From: Marsupella aquatica
Taxonomy: Eukaryota; Plantae; Marchantiophyta
Direction of reading: 5' to 3'
Length of the DNA stretch: 64,000 nucleotides
Assembly: GCA_973895155.1 (NCBI GenBank)
Contig: OZ316892.1
Location: 19,541,869 to 19,605,868, forward strand
Under the pieces are notes generated by a model. The model made no database searches, was not told the DNA's origin, and was given only the letters and a program-made list of their open reading frames with translations. Of the stretch, positions 37,222 through 50,608 are shown piece by piece (the stretch's first letter is position 1; the number at the start of each line of letters is the position of its first letter). The position numbers were made by a program, and so were the translations under genes.

Positions 37222-40200
37222 CTAAAGTGGAGGTATCCTGTTACTAGCTCTTTTTCTCTCAACAAAATCAACTCATTTGGTTAAGTAAGGTGATGTCAGT
37301 TTAACTCTCTATTGGGAAATTTGTTTGAGCTCAAATGTCTAGCCACAGATCTCCCCTAGTTTTCTCTATGTCTTTGAACATTTTTAGCCCATTTGATTGA
37401 GTAACAGAAATGATAAATCCCACCGTTTGATTGTTTTGGCCATAACTTAAGCGTAGTCCGCTTAGGAAAGTTGGCTTAGGGTAACATTGGGCTAATTTCA
37501 AGTATAGGTAAAGTTTTATTTTGAACTCACAAATTTGACCTCAGTTTGAGCTCAAACTTTAAGTCATATTCTCCTAGTTTCCTTCTATCTCTCAACAATT
37601 TTTTGGCACATTTGGCTAGGTAAGGAGAAATGCAGAATCACAAAGCTTCAGATAGATTTTGGATTCTTTGACGTTGATTTAGTCGGCTTAGTCAAAGTAG
37701 GCGTAAAGTAACTAAGATGGGTTTAAGACAAATTTTGAATATCAATTCATTTTAAACTCACAAATTGGAGAGGTCAAAATTTAGCTTCCCTTGTAGATTT
37801 CCCTAGCTTTCCTCTATCTTGTATAGAATTTTCAACCCATTTGGTTGACTATAACCAAAATAATTGAATTTTTTTTGAGATCCAAGCTGATTTTGGCTTC
37901 AACTTAGTTGCCCCATAATACTGCACATATTTAATTACTTTTTACCAGTTTTTGAGTGACACGCAACTAGCACATATTTGACATGCATTATAACTCTCAG
38001 ATGTGACACCATTCTTGCATGTGTTTCCATTCTCACACGCATGACAATTCTTACACGAGTGAATTTCTTGTGCATCAATCCACGTTTCACAATTCTCGTC
38101 ATTGATCAATAAACATCAATGGTTAAGATTGACTTGTTGTCTTAATTTATTGCCCAAAGTACTATGCAAGTTTCTGTTTAAATTTGGTATCAAAGAATGT
38201 TATCATTCCTGCACATGAACCAAACATCTTCTTCACGCTTGCCACACGAGCGTCTTGAACCGTCACACGAGTGTTAAGGCACGTTGCACAATCTCCACCA
38301 TTGATAAGTAAAATCCAACAGATGTGAATAATTGTTGACATGGAATTTTCTCTGAATTTTAAAACTTGCAAGAATCTCTACCTGGACCCCGTAATAAAAC
38401 GCCCATGGCCCGCTGTTCAAATAATAGAGCCCTCTGTTCGGGGAAGACAGTAGTATCTTGTTGAATATTATGATGAAGGAGCTTCTATCATTTCTTTACA
38501 CAATAACCACGAAAGCATGTCAAGATGAATTCGAATTAAAGGATTTCTCCCAACGCACCACAGCGACCATTCCAGAACGGTACTTGGATGTTAGGGGGAA
38601 GTACCCACATGCTTTTTCTGAAAGCTCGTGTAAACTTTGTACATGACTTTCAGGCTCCTTCTAGCGTTTTGAATGGTAATTGCACATTAAAATATGATAT
38701 ATACTATGTACAGCATCTCTGGTTCCTTATAGGATTTTGAATGGTAATGGCACATCAAAATATGACATGTATGGCACCTCTGCATACAGTGATAATATAT
38801 GTTTTTTTCTTTCCATCAATGAATGCAATCATATTTTGATGTGTGATGGTCCTGAACTCCTGGGCTTTTCTGGGATCTTTGATTGTTATACTGTACAGTA
38901 CTTGATCGAGACGATCCAATTGTGGGACCAGGGTTGCGAATTCTGCACGTACAGTGGATGGGCTCGTTTCCCTTCAGCACACCTTTCCAAGGTCCTTTTC
39001 TCTTACCTTGAGAAGTCCGGGGCGGCGGCATACGTGTAATAGATTACATCCTTGGTATCTCATCACTCAATGCGTCACCAGGGCTTCTCTAACGCAACGG
39101 GGAATGGACCCCCTGACTCGTACACACTTATCGTTAAGGGATCTATTGCGGATTCTCGTATCTGATGCCTGAGGGTACCCACATACATAATCCCACGTTT
39201 AAGTCAAGGTTTGAGGTACAGTAGTGGCTTAAATGCATCACGCATTGGGGATTTGAGTGTCACTTCTGTTATACCGATATGTTTCCAAAATTGAGTAAGA
39301 TTGGTTGTTTGATATTGATATGGTTTGGATACTTCGCGTACGTGTCTTTGGGAAGCACCCAAGTTTGAGCTTTAGAGTAGGGATTGAAACTTAGCCTAGT
39401 CACAAATATGAACGGCTGAATTGCATCTTTACTCATAAGAATCTTGTTTCCAATCAATAATCAGTAATTAGTACACTCTACGTTGCTGTTTGTTCGTGGA
39501 GACGTGGAGGTGCTTCTCCAGCAGGCGATGGAAGTTGACAAACTCCCGTTCAATCTCATCAGTGTGAGTTGTTTAGATCTGCCAGTGCAATGAGTTGAAG
39601 ATGCGAGATGTTCAAGTTGGACGGTGAGTTGAGAAATATGCTAAGAAACTGGCAATTTCATCAGTACCTCCCTACACTTCAACGACGAGGTGATTGACTC
39701 TGGCGCTGGAACCCTTATTACGAACGGAGTTTGATGAAGATAAGTGCTTCTTCCAACTCAAAATAGGGGATGCGTCTTGTTGTTCAACACTGTTTGAAAG
39801 TGCTATACTGCTTTGGCTGCCTCGAAATGGCACAATGTCCACATAGGAGAACGAGGGCCTCCGGTACGCTTACGGTGGGCAAACTTGTTATTTCCACTGT
39901 GGGGTCGAAGTTGGGACGAGGATGAAAGGACACTTTACTTCAGAATATCCTGAATATCGAAGTCCGGGCGTCTCAAACGAACATGCACATTATCACCGCG
40001 AGTAACTGGCTGTCTCTTGAGTAAGTTTTCGCATGGAGGAAATCCTTGACATCTCGTGAGATAGTAAATTCACAGTTATGGGCAGTTCAAGTTGCCTCAA
40101 GTTCGGATGTCGGTGGTCACTGTGTTGCAATGAAGTTAGGTTTTCCACACTCACTGTAGAAAGTAAACAGATGAAGTATATCGCACCGAGAGTAGAAACT

Positions 40201-41129
40201 CAAAACCTCTCATGTAAACAGTCGTCAACTGCAGAGAGAACAGATCGAAATACAAACCAACACTGTACCACCGATGGACATGAAATGGGAAAAACAGACG
40301 GGTTGAGGTAGGCTGCGTAGAATCTTAGTATCTTTGCATATGACATTCGTATTTCCTAAGACTGCCTGTCCTAGTTGACAAACTAGTATGCTACTAATCT
40401 TCCCTTGGTCCACCACCTCTACTTCTTCCCTGGTGTACACCTTTCTGTTTTCCCTCAATGTGCCAGCTCCTAAGTGAAGACCTCTTCCGGGCATGTAGGT
40501 TTTCCTGGTGTACGTGTAGTCCAACCTGATCCATCACTCCACTTCTTGAACCAGGAAGGAAACAACTTTACATTTACCTGCCTACCTTACAATGCTCGCC
40601 GGGTATGAAAGGCCTCTTGGAGATACAATTCTTCCCACGTGTTCCGTCACAAGACGCTGCTGATGTCCGAAGATATCTTTAGCCGCTAAGATTGGGACAA
40701 TTACAGGCCACAATGATCGACACAATCATTGGAAACAGGGAGGATATAAGCGTCAAAGATCCAACATAGCATTAGGGCTGTTGACAAGACGAGACAGGGT
40801 AAGTAGGGCCATCGTTAGGAGCCAGAACGTTGAGAGGATAGGCTTATAAGTTGAGAGAATCCTTAGCCTGTTGGCCTTTGGTCTGCACACTTCCCCAGGT
40901 GCTTTGCCAGGGACGGGAGATTTTTCTGTATTGCATATCAGAATTACTCAGCCATACTTCCATGCTGCTTCATTCTAGAAAACTTAATAGTCTAGAACTC
41001 CTCTTCTTCCTGCATTCCATAATTTACGACATTTGGGAGTTCAAATTCTCTAGAACTCGGTATGAGTCCTTAAGGGTTTGAAGGAACTCAACTAAACGTA
41101 TATTAATTATTGCTACAACGTGTTAGAAC

Positions 41130-42428
41130 CTACACGTTTACTTTTGACTTGCTGAGAATAAGCTCTCTGATCTCCTCATCTTTGGCACGGTCCAACGCAT
41201 TACGGCCCTGGTCATCCTTTACTTTGTAATCTGCACCGGCTCGAAGAAGCTCCTCAATCTTGGGTTCGTCTCCTTCCGAAGCCGCCAACAGCAGCAGAAT
41301 ATCGACTGGTGGAATTCCAGTGTTCAAAAGAGCCTCCATTTTGTCATAGGTGCCTTCCGTGGCCAACATCCCCATGTAGTTGAAGTACTGCGGGACAGAA
41401 ATCCACAGACAAGAGCACAACAATTGACAAATACAAATACAAATTAGGAAAACCATCACAATGAAAGAGAAGAAGGTAATAAGTCAGGTGGACTGACTGT
41501 CTTAGACTAGATATACAGCGGCACAAATCGGTGCAGACTGTCTTATAACAGAGGAACAGCGGACTGAATCAACAGACTGTTACGGTGCATCCTTTTATAG
41601 CAGCACCCTTTCTGGGTTTTCACCTCCCACGCCCTTGCTCTGAGCTTTTCAATGTTGCGAACATTCAGTTCCTGATTTTGCAAAGTGTAGGGAAACAAGG
41701 TGCATTCCCTCCAAGGGAAGGGACAATAAATGGCCAGAAATCCCTGGGGACATTAAACCCAATGATACACTGTGACCTGAATAAATCCCTGGCCAGTTGC
41801 CTGGTAGGATACTCGTACTACCACAGCACCACTAGGAATTGGGAGCTCATTTAATATGCACATCAAAGATTCAAAAAAAGTCATAAGATACGAAAGTTGT
41901 GCAGCAATTTAACAGGAATTCACTTCAATTTTCTGGGAATTTTCTGCAACAGGTAAGCAACCCCCAGTGACACTACACTCTGTAGTACACACTGCCCGTC
42001 ACCGATCCCACCAACTCTGAAGAGTAAGAGACTCACCGCAACGCAAATCGTGGACAGAAAAGTGCCAGAAATGAAGAGGCAGGGAGAGAGCGAGAGAAAA
42101 TGACGGCAACCAACCAACCAACCTGTTCAACATCGTCTCGATCAAAATCGTCCCGGCCCTGGCTTCCGTAAATGCCAGCACCCTCCGAGTCCAAACCATT
42201 GCTCCCGAACTTAAACCATGCTGCCGCTCTCGTCTGCCTCAGCTCCCTCACTTGCACAGCCCCCGCTCCTGCTCCTCCTCTCTGGAACGAAGAAGAGACG
42301 CTACCGAATCCCAGAGTGGTTCTGCCGCTACTCCTATTGCAGCTGCTGCAGTCAGCAGCACCCAAACCAACCGAAGAGCCTATCGCTACTGAAGCCACCT
42401 GTACTACTGCTAACGCGATGACTGTCAT
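41130..42428 (-). CDS. LTD: LHCP TRANSLOCATION DEFECT (LTD/GDC1), chloroplast ankyrin-repeat protein, 2 exons
   Basis: Exons 42428-42123 and 41387-41130. A transit peptide is followed by WFKFGSNGLDSEGAGIYGSQGRDDFDRDDVEQ|YFNYMGMLATEGTYDKMEALL...PVDILLLLAASEGDEPKIEELLRAGADY, the LTD signature. Confidence 0.95.
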
Positions 42429-42491
42429 GGCTGCTGGCCCTTCCCTTCGCTTCCCTTCCCTTCCCTTCCAAAACTAATTGAGAAAGTCAAA

Positions 42492-42492
<1 letters not shown>

Positions 42493-42527
<35 letters not shown>
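42493..42527. repeat. (CT)n microsatellite in the LTD 5' leader
   Basis: tctctctctc... run just upstream of the ATG. Confidence 0.9.
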
Positions 42528-43309
42528 GGATTCTCGTATTCAATTAGGGAAACTCGATTCGATTGCTCAAACCCCGTGCTCGATAAATGGACTTCCGGCT
42601 TTGCGATCCTTTCTGGTGCTCACATTCCCGGGTACTATTTTGCTCGCAGGCTCTCTGGTCACTGGTTCTCGTTGGGTTTTGCTGGGTTGAGCTCTATTTC
42701 TCCCTCCCTTCTGTGTCGTGTGTGGGCTCGAAGGGAGTGTTACAAGGGATGGCATGCGATTGGGCAGAGCTAGCGGCGAGTGGTGAGCTTCGCTCCTCTT
42801 TGATTTTATCGCTTCGCAATCTCATTGATGAGCCTCATGACACGCTTACAAGCTGTAACGTCAGGTACAGTACAGTATATTACAGTCCCGCACTATACTA
42901 TGTAGAGTCCTGTAGTGCCATCTGGGTTCGTTCAAAAACTAAACCAGGCCCATGAGAGTACCATAGTGCCATCTGGGTTCGTTGAAGAAATAAACCAGGC
43001 ACATAACCAAAGAGAGTGTCATCACAATAGTCTGAACTCAATTGTTTAAATACATAAAGCTTCTTGAATAACACAAGTGCAGTCTGTTGAATTTCTAGGG
43101 CCACATTGGCAATTAAATGTGTATAATTTTACCAGCACATAGAGCATGAATGAACGTAACTTCTCAGACAAATTTTAGGTGAAGAGACTTTGCTTGTGAA
43201 ACCTAGAAATATATTCGAAGCAGTCTAGTGTAGACCCTGATTTTCCAGTGTACACATTGTTTTTAAAATAAAAATAAAAAATAAAAATAAGAGAATAGCA
43301 TTATTATGT

Positions 43310-43455
43310 AAAGGATGCTCCCATGGACAGCAGACAGAAACCACAGGAGTGAAATGGAGGTATTAGGAATGTTCCCTGTGAGATTGTGAATAAAATGTGT
43401 CCATCTGAGTTGCAAAAATCCATAGGAGCATTTTGACAAACCTACAGACTTCATT
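43310..43455 (+). repeat. Dispersed repeat, with a second copy at about 34505-34690
   Basis: Both loci share gaat.ttccctgtga.attgtga...gtccat...gagttgcaaaaat....gagcattttgacaaaccta. Confidence 0.7.
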
Positions 43456-43693
43456 TTCCATTATTGTGTTGCTGTTTTAGTTTCTTAAAATGAAAAATAA
43501 TTCACTTTCCTTGCGGGTCCCAAAAGGACCAAGATGGCACTACTATACTACTGGTGACCATGCTCAATTACACCGACAGTACAGTACAGGTTGGGGACTG
43601 ATGAGAGAGGTGGGTTAGTTGGGTTATGTACTTTTGTCTGACTGAAGTACTCTTAGAGCATCTGGTGAAAATATGCCTTATCAACATTCACTA

Positions 43694-43998
43694 CACTGTC
43701 CATCACAATTAGTGTTAGTCACACTAATTGAGGAGCCCTTCAAATTTCACATCTCACATAAAATAGTGTGTGACTCACATTATTTCAGGACTGGTGTCAC
43801 TCTAATTACAGGTCACATGAACTCACACTTTTGGTCTCACCTTGAATACTGCACACTTAGAATCAAGGCATAAAACTAAGACTCAAGCAGACTCTCAATA
43901 CAAAGTAAAGTGTGTGACTTGACATACTCAATTAGTTTGATTCCGGATAGAAAAAAATGTTCACACAATTTAGTTCACACTTTTTATGGTGGACAGTG
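43694..43998. mobile_element. MITE, about 305 bp, with a TA target-site duplication (Tc1/mariner-like)
   Basis: Ends are ta|cactgtccatcacaa and ttatggtggacagtg|ta. The TIRs match at 13 of 15 positions. Confidence 0.7.
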
Positions 43999-45263
43999 TA
44001 GCTTACAAGTTACACTTCCAAGTTACAACACTAGGTACAGTACGGTAGTACCCCACTCTAGTATCCATTAAACTATCTGTTACTCAATGTTTTTTCATTG
44101 CACAGTTGACGTTGTGACCATATTGTTGTTGATGCGACAATGCTGGTGCATTACACAGACGTGTCAAGGTGAGACAAAAACGGGGACAAAGAAGTACAGA
44201 TGATGCAAAGAAATGTTATTGTTCCACTCGTGTGGTGTGTGGAGTCATGTTTGGCTGCAAGTGTGTAATTGTAATGGTTAGGTGATTTTGTGCAGAAATA
44301 TTGTCAATTTGGTCAATGTTGTTATTGCAAATGTCAATTTGGTCAATGTTGTTATTGCAAATGTGATGTTGTGGGGCAGGCAAGGGCATGGGAGGGCAGG
44401 GGGGACACAAGATAGGCAAAGGTGGTTGGGGTGCCCCGGGTCCAGGGGTAGTTGTGTGGGACTATGTGGAGGAAGTTTCTTTTGTTGTCCCCCTCCCCAA
44501 TCCCGTTCTCTCCTCCCACTTGTCTTCCCTCCAACACAATAAAAAAAGAGAAATTACATCCTATGCCTTCACCTGAAGGAATATGTCAAAGTTACAACAA
44601 CCTAAGGTTTCATTCTATTGTCCACAGAGATATGATTTTGTGGTAGTTCACTTGAGTAGAGACTGATAGGTATTGGGTTCAACTATTGTGATTGACTCTT
44701 CCCTTTCTGTGGGGTTTCAAAGATTTCCCCTTTAAAAATTAAAAATGACTTTGTTCTACTAAATATGTCATGCACGGTAAACTTTGATCGCAAATTATAG
44801 TAAAAACCAGCCCAATGCCAGACTGGCAATAGTAAGTGATGTTGATGGGAAGTGTCGTCGAGCATACGTGAGATGGTCAGGCAGTCGGATGTTTTGAGGA
44901 GTAGGTGTGGCAACTGGATTTCATGAACTCTGAAGAGCTATGGGGGAGAGGAAATGTGCACACCGGCACCTTCAGGCCCATGGATAGGAAAACATGTCAT
45001 CCAATTGCAAAGGAAGGCTTCTAGCCATAATGACATTTTGGCATGAGAAAGAAAGAGGGGAATCCGACATTATAGTGTAATTCAGATAGATTAAGAGCCC
45101 AGAAAAAGATAACCGTGAAACTGGATGCTTACCGAAACATCCAGAGGAATCTAGTTCAGTCTACAACTCTGACGCGTGTATCAGAAACAGGCAAGAAAAC
45201 GAAACCGCTGGTTTCACAAATAGTGTCTCACAGACACTGGTCTCGTCATCTATTTCGAAACAC

Positions 45264-45265
<2 letters not shown>

Positions 45266-45297
<32 letters not shown>
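45266..45297. repeat. (GA)n microsatellite, probably near the transcription start of the OPI10 homolog
   Basis: gagagagagagagaaagagagagagagagaga seen directly. Confidence 0.85.
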
Positions 45298-46536
45298 GCG
45301 TTTGTTTCCCTCTTGAAAATTGCGGAATTCTGGGTTCAGAACTTTCGGATCCGATCTCAACCCAGAATTTGCTCCACACATCGAACCTCAGGGTCAGCTA
45401 CGCATCTCTACGCTTTGAAATTCTTTTCAGATTGGGTGAAGATCAGCTGGTGCAGCTCACACCAACCAATTAGTTGGGGAGAGTTGATTGGGAAGCGCAG
45501 GGTTCAGATAGACATGCGGCTGATTCGCCTTGTTTTCGCCGATTTGGTTGCTGGCCTGGAGCTGAATTTCGCCTCGTAAAAAATTGTCTCACAGCCATTC
45601 ACAATGCGCTGAGTGAGGTTTCGATAGATAAACCGGTCCAGAGTGTGCAGAGGTTTCACCGACAACAAATGCTGGCATGCGCCAACCAGAGCCACGGCAA
45701 AGCGTAGGGATATTCGGCGGCGGAGGTCAGCTTTCAATATTCCGGTTTCATTCAACTATCCCGGAATCTCACATATTGTTGGCGGAGGTGGGATCATTTA
45801 GCCTGTACATCATTCTCTTTATGGTATCGATTGTAAAGAATGCAGATAAATCTAAGGTACTAGGTAGGCGACCCTAAAATGGCTCCTGTGGGAAGTACTC
45901 AGCCTCGGTACAATCCCAGATATAGTGGTCTTTGTGAGATTAGGGTTTTCGGACTGCAATTTTCTGGATGCTTTACCAGTAGCGACGTCAATCTCTTAGT
46001 CATGCAACTTTGGACTAGGAATTTGAATCTACGACATTTTGGACCGTTGGCTTCGAGGGTTGCGTCACCAAGTCACACCTCTTAGTATGCTTTCCATTCT
46101 TGGACTTTAATTTCCTGCTGTGATCATCATCCTGATTAAATCTTAGAAAGGTTCTGACTCATCCAAGAGGATTCTTGTTTGGAAACCTCGGCGGTCCTGT
46201 TAGCTTCAGTTAAACTATCTATATTGGTATTAATTTAATTTTGTTACGACAGCCTGAAAACTTGCAGGATGACTTTACAGCTGTAGTTGGTCTGCCCTTC
46301 CTATTGCCAAGGAAGTGGGATGACATGACCTGCTGAATCCTGGTATGCTAGTTCGGAGATTTTATTGTTGTCAAAGCTCTCACTTTGTCAGCTTCAGCAG
46401 TTACTGAACTAAATGTATTTCCAGGAATGTTTCTGAAGAGAGTACCTTTTGACTGAGATCTACAAGCTGGACCCACATTCGAGCCTTACAGAAAGATCTG
46501 CGCGTACATTGAGAAGCAAGGAAAGAATTGTACAGT

Positions 46537-47292
46537 ATGTTTGGAGTCCTGTTTCCTAATCGAAGCTTCCCTTTGGATATTACCACTTTCCTTCAAGTGG
46601 ATGATCATCGATGGCTGCTCGATATGAATTACTTTGTAGGTAAGTTGTACTGTACTAAAAGAGGGAGGGCAGGTATGCTGTTCTTCCTGTGAACTTTTCT
46701 TTTTTCTCATAGTAAGAGAAACTCTGGGTATCTGAGAAAAGTTGTGCAGTGCCATAATGCGATGGTTTACCGATTTTGGATCTCAAATTTGACTGGATCT
46801 GACCAACTTTTGTCAATTCTCAATGCAGGAGAGGCTTATGACCAAGTGAAGGATATATGTATCTTCTTAGTAAATGACCTTATTCTGCCCCCTGATAAAG
46901 CTTTGGCAGTATATGTACAAAGTCCTGGCTCGTCTTTTGAGTATAGAGGAGCGGTCCATAATGCCTGTCCATCAGCCGTTATTCCTCTTCTCTGGCCCTC
47001 AAATCCTAGTCAGATGCTCATAATGCCGGCTGGATCTGCCCCGCTAACAGCCCAGATTGGTGTGTCTGTAGAAGATTTAGCAACTCTTCCTTTACTAAAT
47101 CTTGGACAGCAGAAAAGGGTTGAGGAGCTTGCAATGAAAGTAGGAGAGAATCTCTTCAACTTCATGCAGTCCTTCTGCACAGTCGAAGGAGAGAAGCTTG
47201 TAGTTCCGATGGATATCCTCAATCGTTGGTTTAAGAAGTTCCAAGACAAGGCCAAATTAGACCCTGACTATCTGAACAGATTCACACTATAA
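46537..47292 (+). CDS. OPI10/Hikeshi homolog, 2 coding exons
   Basis: Exon 1 is 46537-46639 (MFGVLFPNRSFPLDITTFLQVDDHRWLLDMNYFV) and is absent from the ORF track. The intron is gtaagt...cag. Exon 2 is 46829-47292 (GEAYDQVKDICIFL...LPPDKALAVYVQSPGS...KVGENLFNFMQSF...VPMDILNRWFKKFQDK). Confidence 0.92.
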
Positions 47293-50161
47293 ATTCGTGG
47301 ACATCGCTCTAGAGAAAATTCCAACCTGAATATTGTGGCATTTCTGGATTTGGGTTTTGCCAAAATTAGAGTTGCGGATGTGGTCAAACAGGAGTAAACT
47401 TGCGAGCAATATCCGATCATGCGTGGCACCTGGGCAATGTAATTGGGTGCGAGTTGGCGACGTTTTCTGGCGCTTATTGCAGCAGTAGTGAAATATTTAA
47501 ATATGGAAACTTGATGAATAGGCGATAGCGAAGTGCTGCTGATAATCACGCGCTTGCGAGTCCCGAAGGATGTTTGTCCTTTCTAATCGTTGGAGGATGA
47601 CCAGCTCTGCTTGAACATGATTTGCTACAGTGACTTGACTTTCTGATTGCCACTTAAGTTCCTGGGCTTCCTTTTGGCTTCAAGCAGGACAAGTGTCTAC
47701 AGAAGTTTTTGACTATCGTCGACATCGAATTGTTGAACTCATCGAATCTGGTAGCCTGCAAGAGCATGAGCTGCAGAATAATGGTATGCTCCGGTTTGGT
47801 AATTGGATAAGGTTTTTAGTGCAGGAAGGTCCTCATGACTATAGCAACAGAAAAGCAAATGTCAATCTTCACTCATGTGGACGGTTGATTTAAGGCTTGT
47901 TTCTGACAGTGAGAACAGATTCTTATCTCAGATAAAGTAGACATGATCTTCTCCTAATTTGCAAATTGGATGGAAACTCTTGAAGGTTCCCTTTCCAACC
48001 CATCCCACTTGTGTTGCACGTTACCCAGAATGTGAGAAACTATCCTTACTCAGCTTTTCGAGGTTCGATTCGAAGACAGATGGATAGCAATACCCTTGTG
48101 GAGATGCTTATGACTAGGGTTGATCAGGGGGTTGAAAGGTATGTGAGGGTCTTTGATAAAACGTCTGATACTGAACTTGGATGAGTGGTGCACGAAGGGA
48201 GTCCTTCGCAAGTATTTCTTGAAAGGCGTGCAAAATGTGATCATCATGGGTTTAACGAAGGAATTTGTTAACAGTTGAAGGTCATATAAGCCTTACACTT
48301 CGATTACTAAAAGCTAAGGACCCGTGAGCACAATTCTTGGTTAGTACGGTTGAAGATCATGTAATCGTTACACCCGTGGGCACTATTCTTGGTGATCCGT
48401 ACACCGTGCTCACCACAGCACCCTCTTCTCCGTATGTTACAGTTGAGGATCATATTAAGCCTTACACCCGCTTGCACTAATCTCGATGATCCCTACACCG
48501 TGAAGTTAAAAGCTGTATTTATGTTGAATTCCCGTGAGCTTCACATTCGATTGTGATCAAAGAGAATACTCTATTCCTAGAGGGAGTGACATTCACGCCC
48601 AGAGGTTCAAGCACCACACCACTAGCAGTCAAATTAAAAAATTAAAGATCGTTGAGAGTACTCTTTGCACCTAGAGCGTGAGATTCACGAGCCACAGAGG
48701 GTCATCCACCACACGACTACCAACGAGTCACAATCACAACTAATTCGAAGACAGAAAAGAGCCACCCCAATCTCGTCCATACCCGTAGGTTTTCCAGTAC
48801 AGTAGAGGTGAGCAGACGATATAGCCATAGATAAAGGGTCAAAGGTAAAGTTTCCAGCCGACAAAGAAACATAGATTGGAAACAATTCACCAAGCAACTT
48901 GCCCTTTGTCAGGCCCTCCTCAAAGAACGTCAAAAATATCAAAAATACCTCCAGTGCTAGTGTATTACCTGCATTCCATAACCGCTCTGCCAACAGAGAC
49001 TAGACACGTGCTGGTTCATTAGGATACACAGGAGTGCTAATTTTTGCAATTACAAGCAAAGACTATGGTGCTTCTTTGAAATCTGTAAGAAGAAGCCATG
49101 AACTTATCATCCCGTTGACTTTGTCCAATCAGCCTCTCCGCCTTTATCACAAGGGCTACTAATATACACGAGACTGAGTATTCCGAAAGCCCACCTGATC
49201 TTTCTTTCTCAGCTGTTACCAAGCTCAGTAATTAGGAGAGTTTCCAATGGGAGAATTCCTTTAAGAGCAAATAGGCTTACAGGTCGTTCCAGATATACAG
49301 AAACAACTTTGCCGCCCGAAGAATTATCAAGCAGAAATAACAATCTGCAGATGAAATTGTTGACTGTGGATCCTGCCGTCCAGAAGACATTGTAGAAAAC
49401 GCGAGATATTGCTCCTTCCTACTATTCGGAAGTCATCATCGTTCATGTTTCAGTGTCTAGAATAAAGGCTGACAATTATAATTCATGCCCATGAGCACTC
49501 TGCAGCACTGGGTTGTTTCTCACACAGAGAGGATGAAGGTTGTCTGCTACCAGCTATCTGCTTCCGATGGACAAACAAGCAGGCCGCATTGGAGGATTCC
49601 CTGTATGTAAGGAAGGGCCATCATTCACCAAGACTAGCCAGTTCTAACAACAGTATCCACGATCTGCTGAGTTTGAGCTTCCTCTTTACTACTATTGTAC
49701 ACCATGTTTCAAATTAAACGGGGCTCACCTGTGATTTCACCTGATGCAGGCCATTCTTACCTCCAGAATGCCTCCTTTGCGACAGCTGTATTGCATCGCC
49801 GGAGCTCGGCTATACTTTCAAGCTCTAACTTCAGTTACAGGTTCAATAAGTCCTCCTGTGAAAACATCTGATACACACCCACCCGACTTTCCTCCTCATG
49901 GGCCATCCCTTCAATTTCGAAAAGCCATTCCTGGAGATTCTGCCCTAGACCATGGGGAGTAATAAGCAGGCCTTTGGAATGCTCCCCACACAGGCTCTTC
50001 TGCATCTCTTGTATACTCTTGTATACTCATTCTTCTTTATTATACTGAGCCCCTATTGATCTCACACACGCTATTACAGCTGGCTACCCTAAATAGAGGT
50101 GGGTAAGGGTGCACAAATGGAAGCCTGTAAAGCACATCCAAAGATGCAATTCCCCCCGCCA

Positions 50162-50608
50162 CTATGTATTATTGGCATGTGTACTGTCATAATCAAACAC
50201 CTCGTTTTCGGTGACAGAATTGGAATGCCTCACTATGGAACGACCTATCGAATTGATCCAATCCTCCTTCTCCTTGTCTGTGTCCGCAATGAAGTACATG
50301 GTCTCCCTGCTAGTAGAAAGCTCGAACGCATAAGGCTTGTTCAGTATATCCTCTGCACCCTTCACCGTTAAGCACTGACTGATGAGAATGGTGCCTCTGG
50401 GCTTCGAATCCCTGTTCAAGAAGCTCTCCTTGAACCAGAATATCCTCCCCTGCTTCAAGACAAACCATCTCCTTCTCCAGGTCTTGATATACTCACCCTG
50501 CTTCATTAACCACCCTGTCCTTTCTGCATCGTGCCAGAATTCCACAACGGCGCCCGATTCTGGGTTTTCCTTCCTCCCCATCAACGCTCCATAGTAAGCC
50601 CCGGCCAT
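50162..50608 (-). CDS. PH1: Pleckstrin homology domain protein (plant PH1-like), intronless CDS, 148 aa
   Basis: VEFWHDAERTGWLMKQGEYIKTWRRRWFVLKQG...CLTVKGAEDILNKPYAFELST..ETMYFIADTDKEKEDWINSIGRSIV is the plant PH1 signature. ATG at 50608. Confidence 0.93.
   Translation of the reverse strand: MAGAYYGALMGRKENPESGAVVEFWHDAERTGWLMKQGEYIKTWRRRWFVLKQGRIFWFKESFLNRDSKPRGTILISQCLTVKGAEDILNKPYAFELSTSRETMYFIADTDKEKEDWINSIGRSIVRHSNSVTENEVFDYDSTHANNT

Noticed and set aside
39480-40100. Possible gene fragment
   Set aside because: The frames I translated had frequent stops and no recognisable motif, so the support is too weak.
44682-45077. Possible TIR pair (actattgtgattgactctt / gaatccgacattatagt)
   Set aside because: The similarity is too weak and no TSD is visible.
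46744-46828. N-terminus of ORF 46744-47292 as the true protein start
   Set aside because: This part is intron. The real first exon is 46537-46639, and the acceptor ends at 46828.
24492-50608. Functional gene cluster (COQ10, NADKc, LTD, OPI10, PH1)
   Set aside because: These are unrelated housekeeping functions in mixed orientations with large repeat-filled spacers and no shared pathway.
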